DNA of 64,000 nt from Mobula hypostoma. Taxonomy: Eukaryota. The stretch spans positions 176,702,001-176,766,000 of the forward strand of contig NC_086097.1 in the NCBI RefSeq assembly GCF_963921235.1, read 5' to 3'. Shown here in pieces: positions 37,477 through 49,051 of the stretch (positions are counted from its first letter, which is position 1; every line of letters starts with the position of its first letter). Both the position numbers and the translations under genes were made by a program. The notes beneath the pieces were generated by a model. That model was given only the letters and a program-made list of their open reading frames with translations, did not search any database and was not told the origin of the DNA.

Positions 37477-38427
37477 GTTTATAAAAGATGTCGGTCGACA
37501 GTTTGTCTCCAATTTTGAGACAGAGAGAACAAGACAGGGGAAGGAGATGTGAAATGGACCAAGTGAATTTAAGGGAAGGGTGGAAGTTGGAAGCAAAGTT
37601 AAAGAAATTGACAAGCTCAGCATGGGTGCTTGAAGTAACACCAATGCAGTCAACAATGTAGTGGAGGAAGAGTTGGGGAGCATTACCAGGCAAAACTGGG
37701 AACATGGACTGTTCTACATAGCCAATGAAAAGGTATGCATAGCTGGGGCCCATACAGGTGCCCATGGCTTCCCCTTGAGCCAGGAGAATGTGGGAGGAGC
37801 TGAAGGAGAAATTGTTGAGGGTGAGGATCAGTTCTGTCAGATGGAGGAGGGTGGTGGTGGAGGGAAATTGGATGGTCCTTTTATTAAGAAAGAAGCAGAG
37901 AGTTTTAAGGCCATCTTGATGGGTGATAGAAGTGTATAGGAATACTACACCCATGGTGAAAATGAGGCAGTCAGGGCCAGGGAATTGAAAGTTAATGAGG
38001 AGATGAGAAAGTTGCAGATGTAGGAAAGGAAAAAACCAAGGAAGAGAGAATAGAGTCAAGGTATGAAGACACGAGTTCAGGGGGACAAGAGCAGACGGAG
38101 ACAATGGCCCTACCCAGACAATCAGATTTGTGGATCTCGGGCAGGAGGTAAAAGTGAGAAAAGAGGGGTAAGAGAACTATGAGTTTTGTGGCAGTAGATG
38201 GGAGCTCTCCAGAGTTGATGAGATCAGTGATGGTGCTAGAGACAGTTTTCTGATGGTCTGGTGAGGGGTCCTTTTCAAGGCATAGTTATGAGGAGGTGTC
38301 TGAGAGATGCTGCCTGGCCTCAGCAAAGGTAGAGGTCAGTCTGTCACACTGCAACAGCACCCCGTTTGTCTGCGAGTTTGATGGTCAGGTTAGGATTGGT
38401 GGGGAGAGCGCGGAGGGCAGTGCATAC

Positions 38428-38567
38428 AGTGGCTACAGGGGTCAGGGGGTATGGAGGGAAGGCTGGGGCGGGGTTCTGAGTTGGATGATCAGCCATGATC
38501 ATAATAAATGGCGATGCAGGCTCGAAGGGCCGAATGGCCTACTCCTGCACCTATTTTCTATGTTTCT
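38428..38567 (+). mobile_element. Very short CR1 3' UTR insertion
   Basis: Matches the 3' end of the CR1 at 41564-43707; atac flanking repeat. Confidence 0.85.
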
Positions 38568-39092
38568 ATACTGAAGGGGTAAGATTGGAGGAGAAGAGAG
38601 GAGTACTGGAGGTGAGCTGGTTGCTGTCTTGTCGACATTTCAAGATGATAGGACCCAGGGAAGGCAAAGAACCAAAGCGGGCTGTCCAAGAAGAGGAGGA
38701 GGGTTGCAGATGGGACAAGGGATCATCAGTGCGGTGTGGGAAATTCTTGCAAAAGAAGTGGGCCCAAAGACAGAGGTGATGGAAGGAACACTTGGCATCA
38801 TACGGGAGCAGAACTCACTGAGATGTGGGCATTTCAGTGAAAAGGGTCAATGGAAAGACCTCAGAGAGGGGAAGGTCAGAAAGAATGGCGAAGTGGAGAG
38901 AGTAGAAGGTGTCAGAGGAAGAGAGACAGTTAGGGTGTAAAAAGAAGGTAGGATGGGAGGGAGATGGAGGTCTGAGGATCCAAGAGCTGATAGTAGAGCC
39001 TGAGAGATCCTGAGTTGGAGTGTGGTGTTGGGGGAAGGGGAGAAGGGGAGCCTGGGGGCCCAGTGGCAGAGAGGAAGGTCTCAACCTGGAGG

Positions 39093-40026
39093 TAAACATA
39101 CATAGAAACATAGAAAATAGGTGCAGGAGTAGGCCATTTGGCCCTTCGAGACTGCATCGCCATTCAGTATGATCATGGCTGATCATCCAACTCAGAACCC
39201 TGTACCAGCCTTCCCCCCATACCCACTGATCCCTTTAGCCACAAGGGCCATATCTAACTCCCTCTTAAGTATAGCCAATGAACTGGCCTCAACTGTTTCC
39301 TGTGGCAGAGAATTCCACAGATTCACCACTCTCTGTGTGAAGAAGTTTTTCCTAATCTCGGTCCTAAAAGGCTTTCCCTTTATCCTCAAAATGTGACCCC
39401 TCGTTCTGGACTTCCCCAACATCGGGAACAATCTTCCTGCATCTAGCCTGTCCAATTCCTTTAGGATTTTATGCGTTTCAATAAGATCCCCCCTTGATCT
39501 TCTAAATTCCAACGAATATAAGCCTAGTCGATCCAGTCTTTCATCATATGAAAGTACTGCCATCCCAGGAATCAATCTGGTGAACCTTCTTTGTACTCCC
39601 TATGGCAAGGATGTCTTTCCTCAGATTAGGGGACCAAAACTGCACACAATACTCCAGGTGTGGTCTCACCAAGGCCTTGTACAACTGCAGTAGTACCTCC
39701 CTGCTCCTGTACTCGAATCCTCTTGCTATGAATGCCAGCATACCATTCGCCTTTTTCACCTCCTGCTGTACCTGCACGCCCACTTTCAATGACTGGTGTA
39801 TAATGACACCCAGGTCTCGTTGCACCTCCCCTTTTCCTAATCGGCCATCATTCAGATAGTAATCTGTTTTCCTGTTTTTGCCACCAAAGTGGATAACCTC
39901 ACATTTATCCACATTAAATTGCAACTGCCATGAATTTGCCCACTCACCTAACCTATCCAAGTCACGCTGCATCCTCTTAGCATCCTCCTCACTGCTAACA
40001 CTGCCGCCCAGCTTCGTGTCATCCGC
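39093..40026 (-). mobile_element. 5'-truncated CR1, same subfamily as 41564-43707
   Basis: ADDTKLGGSVSSEEDAKRMQ...; one frameshift; aaacatag tail. Confidence 0.95.
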
Positions 40027-40265
40027 AGCCAAGGTCCAGCCTGGAGCCAGAGTTGGGGGCCATGCAATTTTCAGTCTGAAGATGTCGGGAGTTGTTGGAA
40101 CTGGCACTGATGGCAGTGGAATCTGAGCTCTGGATCTAATCGAGGTTATTCGAACCAGTGTGGACAACAAGTGTGTCATTGGTCCAGAGGAACTGGAGCA
40201 GGAACCGGGCTTGGCAACAATTATATCACTGGTCCAGAGGCATCTAGGTCTGTCAGAGCGGGGGT

Positions 40266-40964
40266 TGTGATCATTTTTACTGTTTAAAATGTATCAAGCG
40301 GTGGCTTGAATCAGGACAACGACTCTGCCCACTGCGCCGTACTTCTCCAGATGATGGTTATGTACCAGCGGTAACAGAAGAAATAAGTGAAGCTGTAGCA
40401 AAATTAGTCATATTTCGCAAGATGTGCGATGCATTTTTCATAGCTTTGGTTTCCATGGTCTGCTTCAAAGATGACTTGCCACCGACAAAAGAAGTGATTG
40501 GTGATCTTCTGTCTCTGCTAGTTATTCAAAAGTCGGGCAGTCCAATGACTCACAGAAAGATTAGTACTTTACCAGTAACAGTTCACCATTTGGTGAAGCA
40601 GTTGATCGAAATCCTGTTGTTCGTTCCATTGTTCTTAGGCTGCTGTTAAAGTACAGTTTTGCTGATATTAAGGATTACCTGCAGTGCTATCTGTCTAGCT
40701 CAGGAGGGAGAATTCCTTCTGGTGCACATTGAGCACAAGTGTGAAAATACAACAATGGAACCCTTACAGTTTGTTGCCAGAATTCGCCTCTGTTTTGATG
40801 CTGTTTCCCAACTTTTTTGTGAGAAGCAAGACACATTGGCTGAGGATTCAAAATATGTATGTGCAAAAGAAACTTTCCTGCAAAGGATTAAGTGTATGAT
40901 TCTCAATGGAGGAAATGATTGGTTCGAGATTTACCTTGTGCAAAAGCTGTTCTGTTTGAATGGA
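40266..40964 (+). pseudogene. RNF213: Intronless RNF213 (mysterin) fragment: RING C-terminal half and following E3 region
   Basis: CDHFYCLKCIKRWLESGQRLCPLR...FRKMCDAFFIALVSMVCFKDDLPPTKEVIGDLLSLL; SPFGEAVDRNPVVRSIVLRLLLKYSFADIKDYLQ; VARIRLCFD...[12 protein letters not shown] match recalled RNF213; frameshift and internal deletion. Confidence 0.9.
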
Positions 40965-43744
40965 GATGCTGGTCTTTTCGGAGATTTAAGCTTATTGAGA
41001 ATTTGCAGATCTTCCATTATCTGTTCATCTGTTTACAAGTAATTTAACAGCGCAGGTGCAGGTTTTTGTCTTTTGTCGGTAATTGGAACAGGGTCATTAG
41101 GTCTCCTCCTTAGTTTCCTAGTCGTTATTGACTTTACCTCTATAGAAACTCCTGTGAGTTCTATTGTTAGTCTCTCATTCTCAATCATCTATTTTCTTTT
41201 CTTCTAACTCAATCTTCTTATCTTCAAATTCCTTCACTGCTGCTTTCTTTCACTTGTTCTGTCTCCAGTTGCAGAAAAAGTTCTGCATTTCATATTCTTT
41301 CCTTGTATTGTTGATCTGGTTTCTTCATCCTTTTCTGATACTCCTGCAAAGTGCCTTCCTGCAACTGCTGTAGCTGTCTTTTGAGAGATGTCAATTTCTC
41401 CTGGTACATCTGCTGTTTTACTTCCAGGTAGACTTCATCATCCTGCTTATTGGCAATATCTGTCTCCCTTGTATCCTCTGTATCATCATCAGAGTCGCTG
41501 CCACGGATACTGCATTTTTCCTCATCATCAACGCTGTCTAGCTCTTCCTCATTGTAGTAATAGAAACATAGAAACATAGAAAATAGGTGCAGGAGTAGGC
41601 CATTCGGCCCTTCGAGCCTGCACCGCCATTTATTATGATCATGGCTGATCATCCAACTCAGAACCCAGCCTTCCCTCCATACCCCGTGACCCCTGTAGCC
41701 ACAAGGGCCATATCTAACTTCCTTTTAAACATAGCTAATGAACTGGCCTCAACAGTTTGCTGTGGCAGAGAATTCCACAGATTCACCACTCTCTGTGTGA
41801 AGAAGTTTTTCCTAACGTCGGTCCTAAAAGGCTTCCCCTCTATCCTCAAACTGTGACCCCTCGTTCTAGACCTCCCCAACATCGGGAACAATCTTCCCGC
41901 ATCTAGCCTGTCCAATCCCTTTAGGATCTTATACGTTTCAATCAGATCCCCCCTCAATCTTCTAAATTCCAACGAGTACAAGCCCAGTTCATCCAGTCTT
42001 TCTTCATATGAAAGACCTGCCATCCCAGGAATCAATCTGGTGAACCTTCTTTGTACTCCCTCTATGGCAAGGATGTCTTTCCTCAGATTAGGGGACCAAA
42101 ACTGCACACAATACTCCAGGTGTGGTCTCACCAAGGCCTTGTACAACTGCAGTAGTACCTCCCTGCTCCTGTACTCGAATCCTCTCGCTATAAATGCCAG
42201 CATACCGTTCGCCTTTTTCACCGCCTGCTGTACCTGCATGCCCACTTTCAATGACTGGTGTATAATGACACCCAGGTCTCGTTGCACCTCCCCTTTTCCT
42301 AATCGGCCACCATTCAGATAATAATCTGTTTTCCTATTTTTGCCACCAAAGTGGATAACTTCACATTTATCCACATTAAATTGCATCTGCCATGAGTTTG
42401 CCCACTCACCCAACCTATCCAAGTCACCCTGCATCCTCTTAGCATCCTCCTCACTGCTAACACTGCCACCCAGCTTCGTGTCATCCGCAAACTTGGAGAT
42501 GCTGCATTTAATTCCCTCATCCAAGTCATTAATATATATTGTAAACAACTGGGGTCCCAGCACTGAGCCTTGCGGTACCCCACTAGTCACCGCCTGCCAT
42601 TCTGAAAAGGTCCCGTTTATTCCCACTCTTTGCTTCCTGTCTGCTAACCAATTCTCCACCCACACCAATACCTTACCCCCAATACCATGTGCTTTAAGTT
42701 TGCACACTAATCTCCTGTGTGGGACCTTGTCAAAAGCCTTTTGAAAATCCAAATATACCACATCCACTGGTTCTCCCCTATCCACTCTACTAGTTACATC
42801 CTCAAAAAATTCTATGAGATTCGTCAGACATGATTTTCCTTTCACAAATCCATGCTGACTTTGTCCGATCATTTCACCGCTTTCCAAATGTGCTGTTATC
42901 ACATCCTTGATAACTGACTCCAGCAGTTTCCCCACCACCGACGTTAGGCTAACCGGCCTATAATTCCCCGGTTTCTCTCTCCCTCCTTTTTTAAAAAGTG
43001 GGGTTACATTAGCCACCCTCCAATCCTCAGGAACTAGTCCAGAATCTAACGAGTTTTGAAAAATTATCACTAATGCATCCACTATTTCTTGGGCCACTTC
43101 CTTAAGCACTCTGGGATGCAGACCATCTGGCCCTGGGGATTTATCTGCCTTCAATCCCTTCAATTTACCTAACACCACTTCCCTACTAACATGTATTTCG
43201 CTCAGTTCCTCCATCTCACTGGACCCTCTGTCCCTTACTATTTCTGGAAGATTATTTATGTCCTCCTTAGTGAAGACAGAACCAAAGTAATTATTCAATT
43301 GGTCTGCCATGTCCTTGCTCCCCATAATCAATTCACCTGTTTCTGTTTGCAGGGGACCTACATTTGTCTTTATCAGTCTTTTCCTTTTTACATATCTATA
43401 AAAGCTTTTACAGTCCGTTTTTATGTTCTCTGCCAGTTTTCTCTCATAATCTTTTTTCCCCTTCCTAATTAAGCCCTTTGTCCTCCTCTGCTGAACTCTG
43501 AATTTCTCCCAGTCCTCAGGTGAGCCACTTTCTCTGGCTAATTTGTATGCTACTTCTTTGGAATTGATACTATCCCTAATTTCTCTTGTCAGCCACGGGT
43601 GCACTACCTTCCTTGATTTATTCTTTTGCCAAACTGGGATGAACAATTGTTGTAGTTCATCCATGCAACCTTTAAATGCCTGCCATTGCATATCCACCGT
43701 CAATCCTTAATAGTCGACAATGGATAGAGGAGAGCTGTGGACAT
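40960..43744 (-). pseudogene. SUDS3: Processed SUDS3 (Sin3 complex SDS3) copy, 3'-truncated, split by a CR1 (parts 43744-43708 and 41563-40960)
   Basis: MSTALL..(V)[15 protein letters not shown]...[31 protein letters not shown]...[14 protein letters not shown]...[22 protein letters not shown]; no introns; stops and short deletions. Confidence 0.95.
41564..43707 (-). mobile_element. Young 5'-truncated CR1 with uninterrupted 681-aa RT frame
   Basis: ORF 41658-43703 with [25 protein letters not shown]; 6-bp TSD taatag (41558-41563, 43708-43713). Confidence 0.97.
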
Positions 43745-45560
43745 CTTCCCTGCCAAGCTGCCCTCCTTTGTTGATACATCTAGTGCCTTGATGGTGTGCC
43801 AATCCAGCTGGATTTTCCTGAGCCATTCACGTCCCAGCGACGGTGGTCCTCCATTTTTCAGTACATAGAGGTTCAGCTGCTGTGTTTTGTCTCCGTATGT
43901 CACTGTCACTTTAATTTTGCTTTTGGGACACACTTTCTGTCCTGTGTAAGTCTTTAGCAGTAGTGTAGTTCGTTTCAGAGGTATGTGAGAAAACAGTTGT
44001 TTGTAGTTGTGTACAGAGATCACTGTTAAAGCTGAGCCTGTGTCTAACTCCATTTTCATTATCACGCCTGCCACTTGTGGAGTGATCCTTATTACTCTTT
44101 GATCACCTGTCTCTTCCATGTTGTGAAGTGGCAGACAAGACAATTCATTTTCATCTGAGTCTTTTTCATCAGAACTGCTTTCTTCCATTTTGTGTATATT
44201 ATTGTGTTTTCCTTTCTGGGCTTTCTTGTTTCTCTGTATTTTGTCCTTTTTCTGCTGTTTACTAGCTTTGCATACTCTGCCAATGTGGCCCTGTTTGCCA
44301 CAGTTTTGGCATTCTTTGTCTTTAAACCAACAGTCATACAGGTCATGTGACCTGTTCCCACAACGGTAACATTTCTTTCCTTCATTTCTGTTCAGTGACA
44401 TTTTATTCATAGCATATTCCAGAGATTTTTGTTGTATCTCGGAAGCACCCCATGCCGCTATTTCCATTGATATTGCAATGTTGAGCGCTTTCTCGAATGT
44501 AAGGTCTCTTTCACACAGAAGCTTCATCTGTGTTGTTTCACAGTGCATGCCACACACTAACCTGTCCCTCAATGCATCTGATAGACCAGCTCCAAATTGA
44601 CAATGTTCTGATAATTTGCGCAATTCAGCACAATATTCAGAAAGGCTTTCATTTTCACTCTGATTCCGATTGTGAAATTTAAATCTTTCAGCAATGACCA
44701 TTGGTTTGGGGTTTAAATGCAGTTGGAGAGTGTCGACTATTTGCTTGAACATTTCGTCAGCTGGCTTTTCGGGGGTTAACAAGCTCCGTAGCAGGCCATA
44801 TGTTTTTGCTCCCATAATACTGAGTAAGACTCTGGCTTTCTTTTCATCCTTAACACCGTTAGCCTCACAATATAACTCCACTCTTTTAATGTAAGTTGCC
44901 CAATCTTCAATGTCACTATCAAATGCTGTTCCAATCATCACCATCTTTGTTATGTTAATTAAGCCCCGTTCTCCCCTTATTTTCCTTTTTGATTCATGTG
45001 TCCTTTTTGCTAGCGCCACGAGCACACTCCGTCTAGACGTGTGTGTGTCGCTCCTTTTTATCTCCCTTCTGGGGCAGGCAGACCCGCAGACCCTCAGCCC
45101 CTGGGGGTCAGCGCCGGCTGTGGTCTCGGCTGGACGTACTGTGGATCTGACTGTGTCTCTTGATCTCCCGATGTTCCCGATCCCGGCTGTGCTCCCGCTT
45201 CCTTTCAGACTCGCAGCCTCACTCTGCCTCCTTCTCCTGCTCCTTGGCTCGTTCCTTGCGCTCTTCCTCCAAGTGTCATTATCAACTAAAACACAACGTT
45301 CCGATAAGGTGTAGGTTCATTAACCTCGTCGCCAATTTGTTGTGTATGTGGCCCAGTTACACAACAATGCTATTAATAAAAATGCTGCACACGGGAGCTA
45401 AGTTTTATGGTTCTTTACTGGCATAATCCAAACTTGGCACACACGTACAGATCAATACGTGCCTAATAGCGCATGCTCAATATGCGCGTAATAGCGCATT
45501 CAACGACGTGTTACTAAAACATAAATTAGTCCCTTATTATACTGTAGGCTATATGGTACA
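43745..45560 (-). mobile_element. Gypsy (Mag-like) 5' half: LTR, PBS, open gag-protease
   Basis: LTR about 45338-45560; PBS TGGCGACGAGG (45334-45324, complementary to the tRNA-Ser(GCU) 3' end); LRDRLVCG; two CCHC knuckles CYRCGNRSHDLYDC and CQNCGKQGHIGRVC; protease LDTGS...LGREWL. Confidence 0.92.
45062..45272 (-). pseudogene. ACIN1: ACIN1-like C-terminal coding fragment with stop codon and short 3' UTR, inside the Gypsy leader
   Basis: LEEERKERAKEQEKEAE*GCESERKREHSRDREHREIKRHSQIHSTSSRDHSRR* versus recalled Acinus end [39 protein letters not shown]; low complexity reduces certainty. Confidence 0.7.
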
Positions 45561-45779
45561 TCCCCCATCCCTCTTCTTTCTTCTCCTGGTTTTTTTCTTG
45601 CACCTTATTACCTGTCTACAATACACTTTCTTTGTAACTACACCTCAATCTGCATTCTGTTATTGTTTTCCCTTGTACAACCTCAAAATATTAATGTGAT
45701 GAAATTATCTGTTTCACAGTACTTTGGTAAATGTGGCAATACAAAATCAATTTACCAATTTATCAGTTCTCCCTACAGC

Positions 45780-46245
45780 ACCATCTCCACCATCACTGCC
45801 AACCTCCCCTGCCCTTTTTCACCTTGTTTCTTTCCCCTCTTCCATTCACTCCATCTGCCCGTCTCTCACACATTCCTCCTACTGGGTCTCCTCTCCCACT
45901 GCTCCCATGTGGCCTCGCCACCTCCCTTATTTGGTTCCATGCTCTTACTTCCTCTCCTAAAAGATTCCACCACCTGCAGCCCTTTGTCACCACCATGACT
46001 TACCTCTCAGCTTCTGCCTCTATTCCCCCTCTCCTCTCCTCCATCTGCCTATCACCCCTCCTCACCTGGATCCTCCCGTCACCTGATGCCTCTTGCTCCA
46101 CCCTATCCCTTCACATTTTTACACTGGCTACCTCACTTCTACCTATCAGTCCTGAGAAAGGGTCTCAACCAAAAACTTTGACTATCCATTTCCCTCCACT
46201 GATGCTCTTTGACCTGCTGAGTTTCCCAGCTTTTTGTGTGCAGCT
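45780..46245 (+). mobile_element. Penelope 3' region with decayed hammerhead
   Basis: Pyrimidine-rich UTR then agtcctgagaaagggtctcaaccaaaaactttgac...gacctgctgagtt. Confidence 0.75.
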
Positions 46246-46254
46246 CTTTATGGT

Positions 46255-46690
46255 AGCATCTGGGCCTATACTTGCAGAGTTTAGAACAATGAAGGGGGAT
46301 CTCATTGAAACCTACTGAATATTGAGAGGCTGTGGATAGAGTGGATGTGGAGGGGGTATTTCCAACAATGGGAGAGTCTAGGACCAGAAGGTACAGCTTC
46401 AGAACAGAAGGATGTCCCTGTAGAAAAGAAATGAGGAGGAACTTCCTTACGCAGAGGGTTATGATTCTGTGGAATTTATTGCCATAAATGACTGTAGAAG
46501 CCAAATCATTGGGTATATTTAAAGTGGAAGCTGATAGGTTCTAGATTGCTAGGGGTGTTAAGTTAGAAGGGGTTCTTGGTTAGGAAGAAGTAAAAACAGA
46601 AGAATGAGATTGAGAGGGAAAATAAATCAGCCATGATCGAATGGTGGAACAGACTTGACAATTTGAATGACCTATGGTCTTAAGGTCGTA
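46255..46690 (+). mobile_element. CR1 3' end
   Basis: EFRTMKGDLIETY and CR1 3' UTR. Confidence 0.88.
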
Positions 46691-47869
46691 AGGAATCAAA
46701 ACATTCGCTGTCTAATTCTGTCCATAGATGCCTCTTAACTTGCTGAGTTCCTCCAGCAGATTGACTTTTGCTCCAGGGTCCAGTATCTGTGATCTTATGT
46801 CATTATCTGTACAGATCTGCTGAGGGCTTCCAACATTTTCTGTCTTCATTTCAGATTTCCAGCATACTATGCTTGAAAAAAATCACATATGTGCCTCTTA
46901 ACAAAGAAAGTGATTACAAATTTATGACAGTATCAGGGTCAAACTTGACACAGAACCAATCGTGTCATATTGAGAGTGTGATCCAGAGCTCACTCAACAA
47001 CATAAGGAAATCACAGAGGGATATGGATAGGTTAAGTGGGTGGGCAAATATAAGATAACTTGATTGTATTGTGGGAAATATGAAATTGTCCAACTTGGCA
47101 AGAAAAATAATTAAAAACTAGCACATTATCTAAGTGGTGAGATGCCAGGGGGTGGTGGTGGAAACAGATACAATAGGCATTTAGTCAGACACATGAACAA
47201 ATTTAAGTCTAAGTTGAGTTTATTTTCAAATGCACAAGTGCAATGAAAAACTTGCTGCAGCATTGAAGGCACATAGCATCAGATAAAAAGAATTCACAAG
47301 AAAGACATAAATTTAGAATCTATATGATTTGTATGAAAAGGAACACAATTAAAACAGAAAATTAGTCAAAGTGCAAAGTCATCAAAATGGGTATAGTGTT
47401 GCCATACTGAGACAGTGATTAGAGATGTGCGGGTTGGAATAACAACTGAATGGCAGTTGCTATTGAACCTGGTTGAGTGGGACTATATCCTATTGGGCTT
47501 CTGTACCATCTGCCCAATAGGATATAGAGCATGTGCAGGCACATCAAATTAATTTCAAGTTGCAATTTAAGTTTAATTGTCATTCAGCCATACACATGAT
47601 TCAGCCAAATGAAACAGTGTTCTCCTGAGGCCAAGGTTCAAAACACAGTACCAATAGTCACACACAGTACACAGCACATATAGCACAAAAAATTATGATA
47701 GCAGAAAAACATTCAGTTACAAAAAATATATATTGAAAAATTTAATATAGTCCAAGCCCCTGGTGCATGCATGTGGTCCTGGAGCCACGTTTTTGCAAGA
47801 ACAAGTTCTCAGCAGTTCCTCATTCGCACGAGGGCAGCCATAGATGAATACCATCCAGCTTGTCTTCCA

Positions 47870-48480
47870 CCAAGCGGCTATACTTTATTAGGAGTTTGAA
47901 GAGATTTGGCATGTCAACAAATACACTCAAAAACTTCTTTCGTTGTGCTATGGGGAACATTCTGACAGGCTGCATCACCGTCTAGGATGGAGAGCTACTG
48001 CACAGGACAGAAAGAAGCTGCAGAAGGTTGTAAATCTAGTCAGCTCCATCTTGGGTACTAGCCTACAAAGCACCCAGGACATCTTTAGGAGATGGTGTCT
48101 CAGAAAGGCAGCATCTATTATTTAGGGTTTCCACCACCCAGGGCTTGCCTTTTTCTCACTGTTACCATCAGGTAGGAGGTACAGAAGCCTGAAGGCACAC
48201 TCAGCAATTCAGGAACAGATTCTTCCCCTCTGCCATCTGATTCCTAAATGGACATTGAATCTTTGGACACTACCTCACTTTTTTTAATATACAGTATTTC
48301 TGTTTTTGCACTTTAAAAAAAAATCTATACTGTAATTGATTTACTTATTTATTGTTATTATTATTTTATTTATTATTATTATTTTATTATTATTTTCTCT
48401 CCGCTAGATTATGTATTGCTGCTGCTAAGATAACAAATTTCACATCACATGCTGGTTATAATAAGCCTGATTTTGATTCT
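47870..48480 (+). mobile_element. Rex1/Babar 3' fragment
   Basis: TAQDRKKLQKVV...CLRKAASII; tail cctgattttgattctga. Confidence 0.8.
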
Positions 48481-49051
48481 GAAGTGAACACAGGAGGGCA
48501 GCATCAATGGGAGAAGGCAGTCCTCAATACAGCACGGGATCTCCTTCCTGGTGGCTGCAAAAGGTGAACCCGAGGCATGAGGCCGTGGTCCACGCAACTC
48601 CCCCGCCGTCGGAATCAACAACGAACCAGTGAATTCGATCCACAGTAATCTACATTGCCAATGTCCAACAGAGTCTTGCGATCACAATAAAAATGTCCAA
48701 GGCAATGAGTTCCACTATTTGTTAGGCTGCGCACCACCTCAGCACACTGCTTTTGATGCTTCTTCCCTGGATGGCTGAAGCCAGCAACTCTACAGGTATG
48801 CAGCAGAGAGCCTCCTAACGAGCTGCATCAGTGCTTGGGACTTGGTACAGAAACAGCACTGCAAGGGCAGGAAGGCACCACAGCGGATAGTCAGAGCTGC
48901 CCACTGCATCACCAGCATCAGCCTACCTGCCATCAAGGACATATATACAGAAAGGGGCCAGAGACATGAAGGATCACACCCATCCTGTTCGTAGTTGCTC
49001 ATCCCACTCCCACCAGGAAGGAGGCAACGTAGTATCCATGCCAGGACCACC

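Larger units (their letters stand above)
35310..40265 (-). mobile_element. Penelope-like element (RT + GIY-YIG endonuclease, terminal repeats), degenerate, split by three CR1 insertions
   Basis: GIY-YIG VIYCVQCSRGGHLYIGE...VAQHFN...LGSLQPDDMNIDF (35841-36233); RT GEAMGTCMGPSYAYLF (37439-38104); assignment of 40027-40265 is tentative. Confidence 0.88.

Noticed and set aside
41290..41652. 120-aa ORF as a real SUDS3 isoform
   Set aside because: Its first ~30 residues come from the CR1 3' UTR, and it ends at a premature stop.
41658..43703. 681-aa ORF as a functional gene or novel RT system
   Set aside because: Ordinary 5'-truncated CR1 ORF2 with tail and TSD; no endonuclease domain or promoter.
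40960..45272. Functional link between captured genes (SUDS3 in the Sin3 complex, Acinus binding SAP18)
   Set aside because: Both fragments are disrupted; chance capture of abundant mRNAs is sufficient.
45731..46318. Pro/Ser/Leu-rich ORFs here and at 54870-55409
   Set aside because: Produced by pyrimidine-rich Penelope 3' regions that are poor in stop codons.
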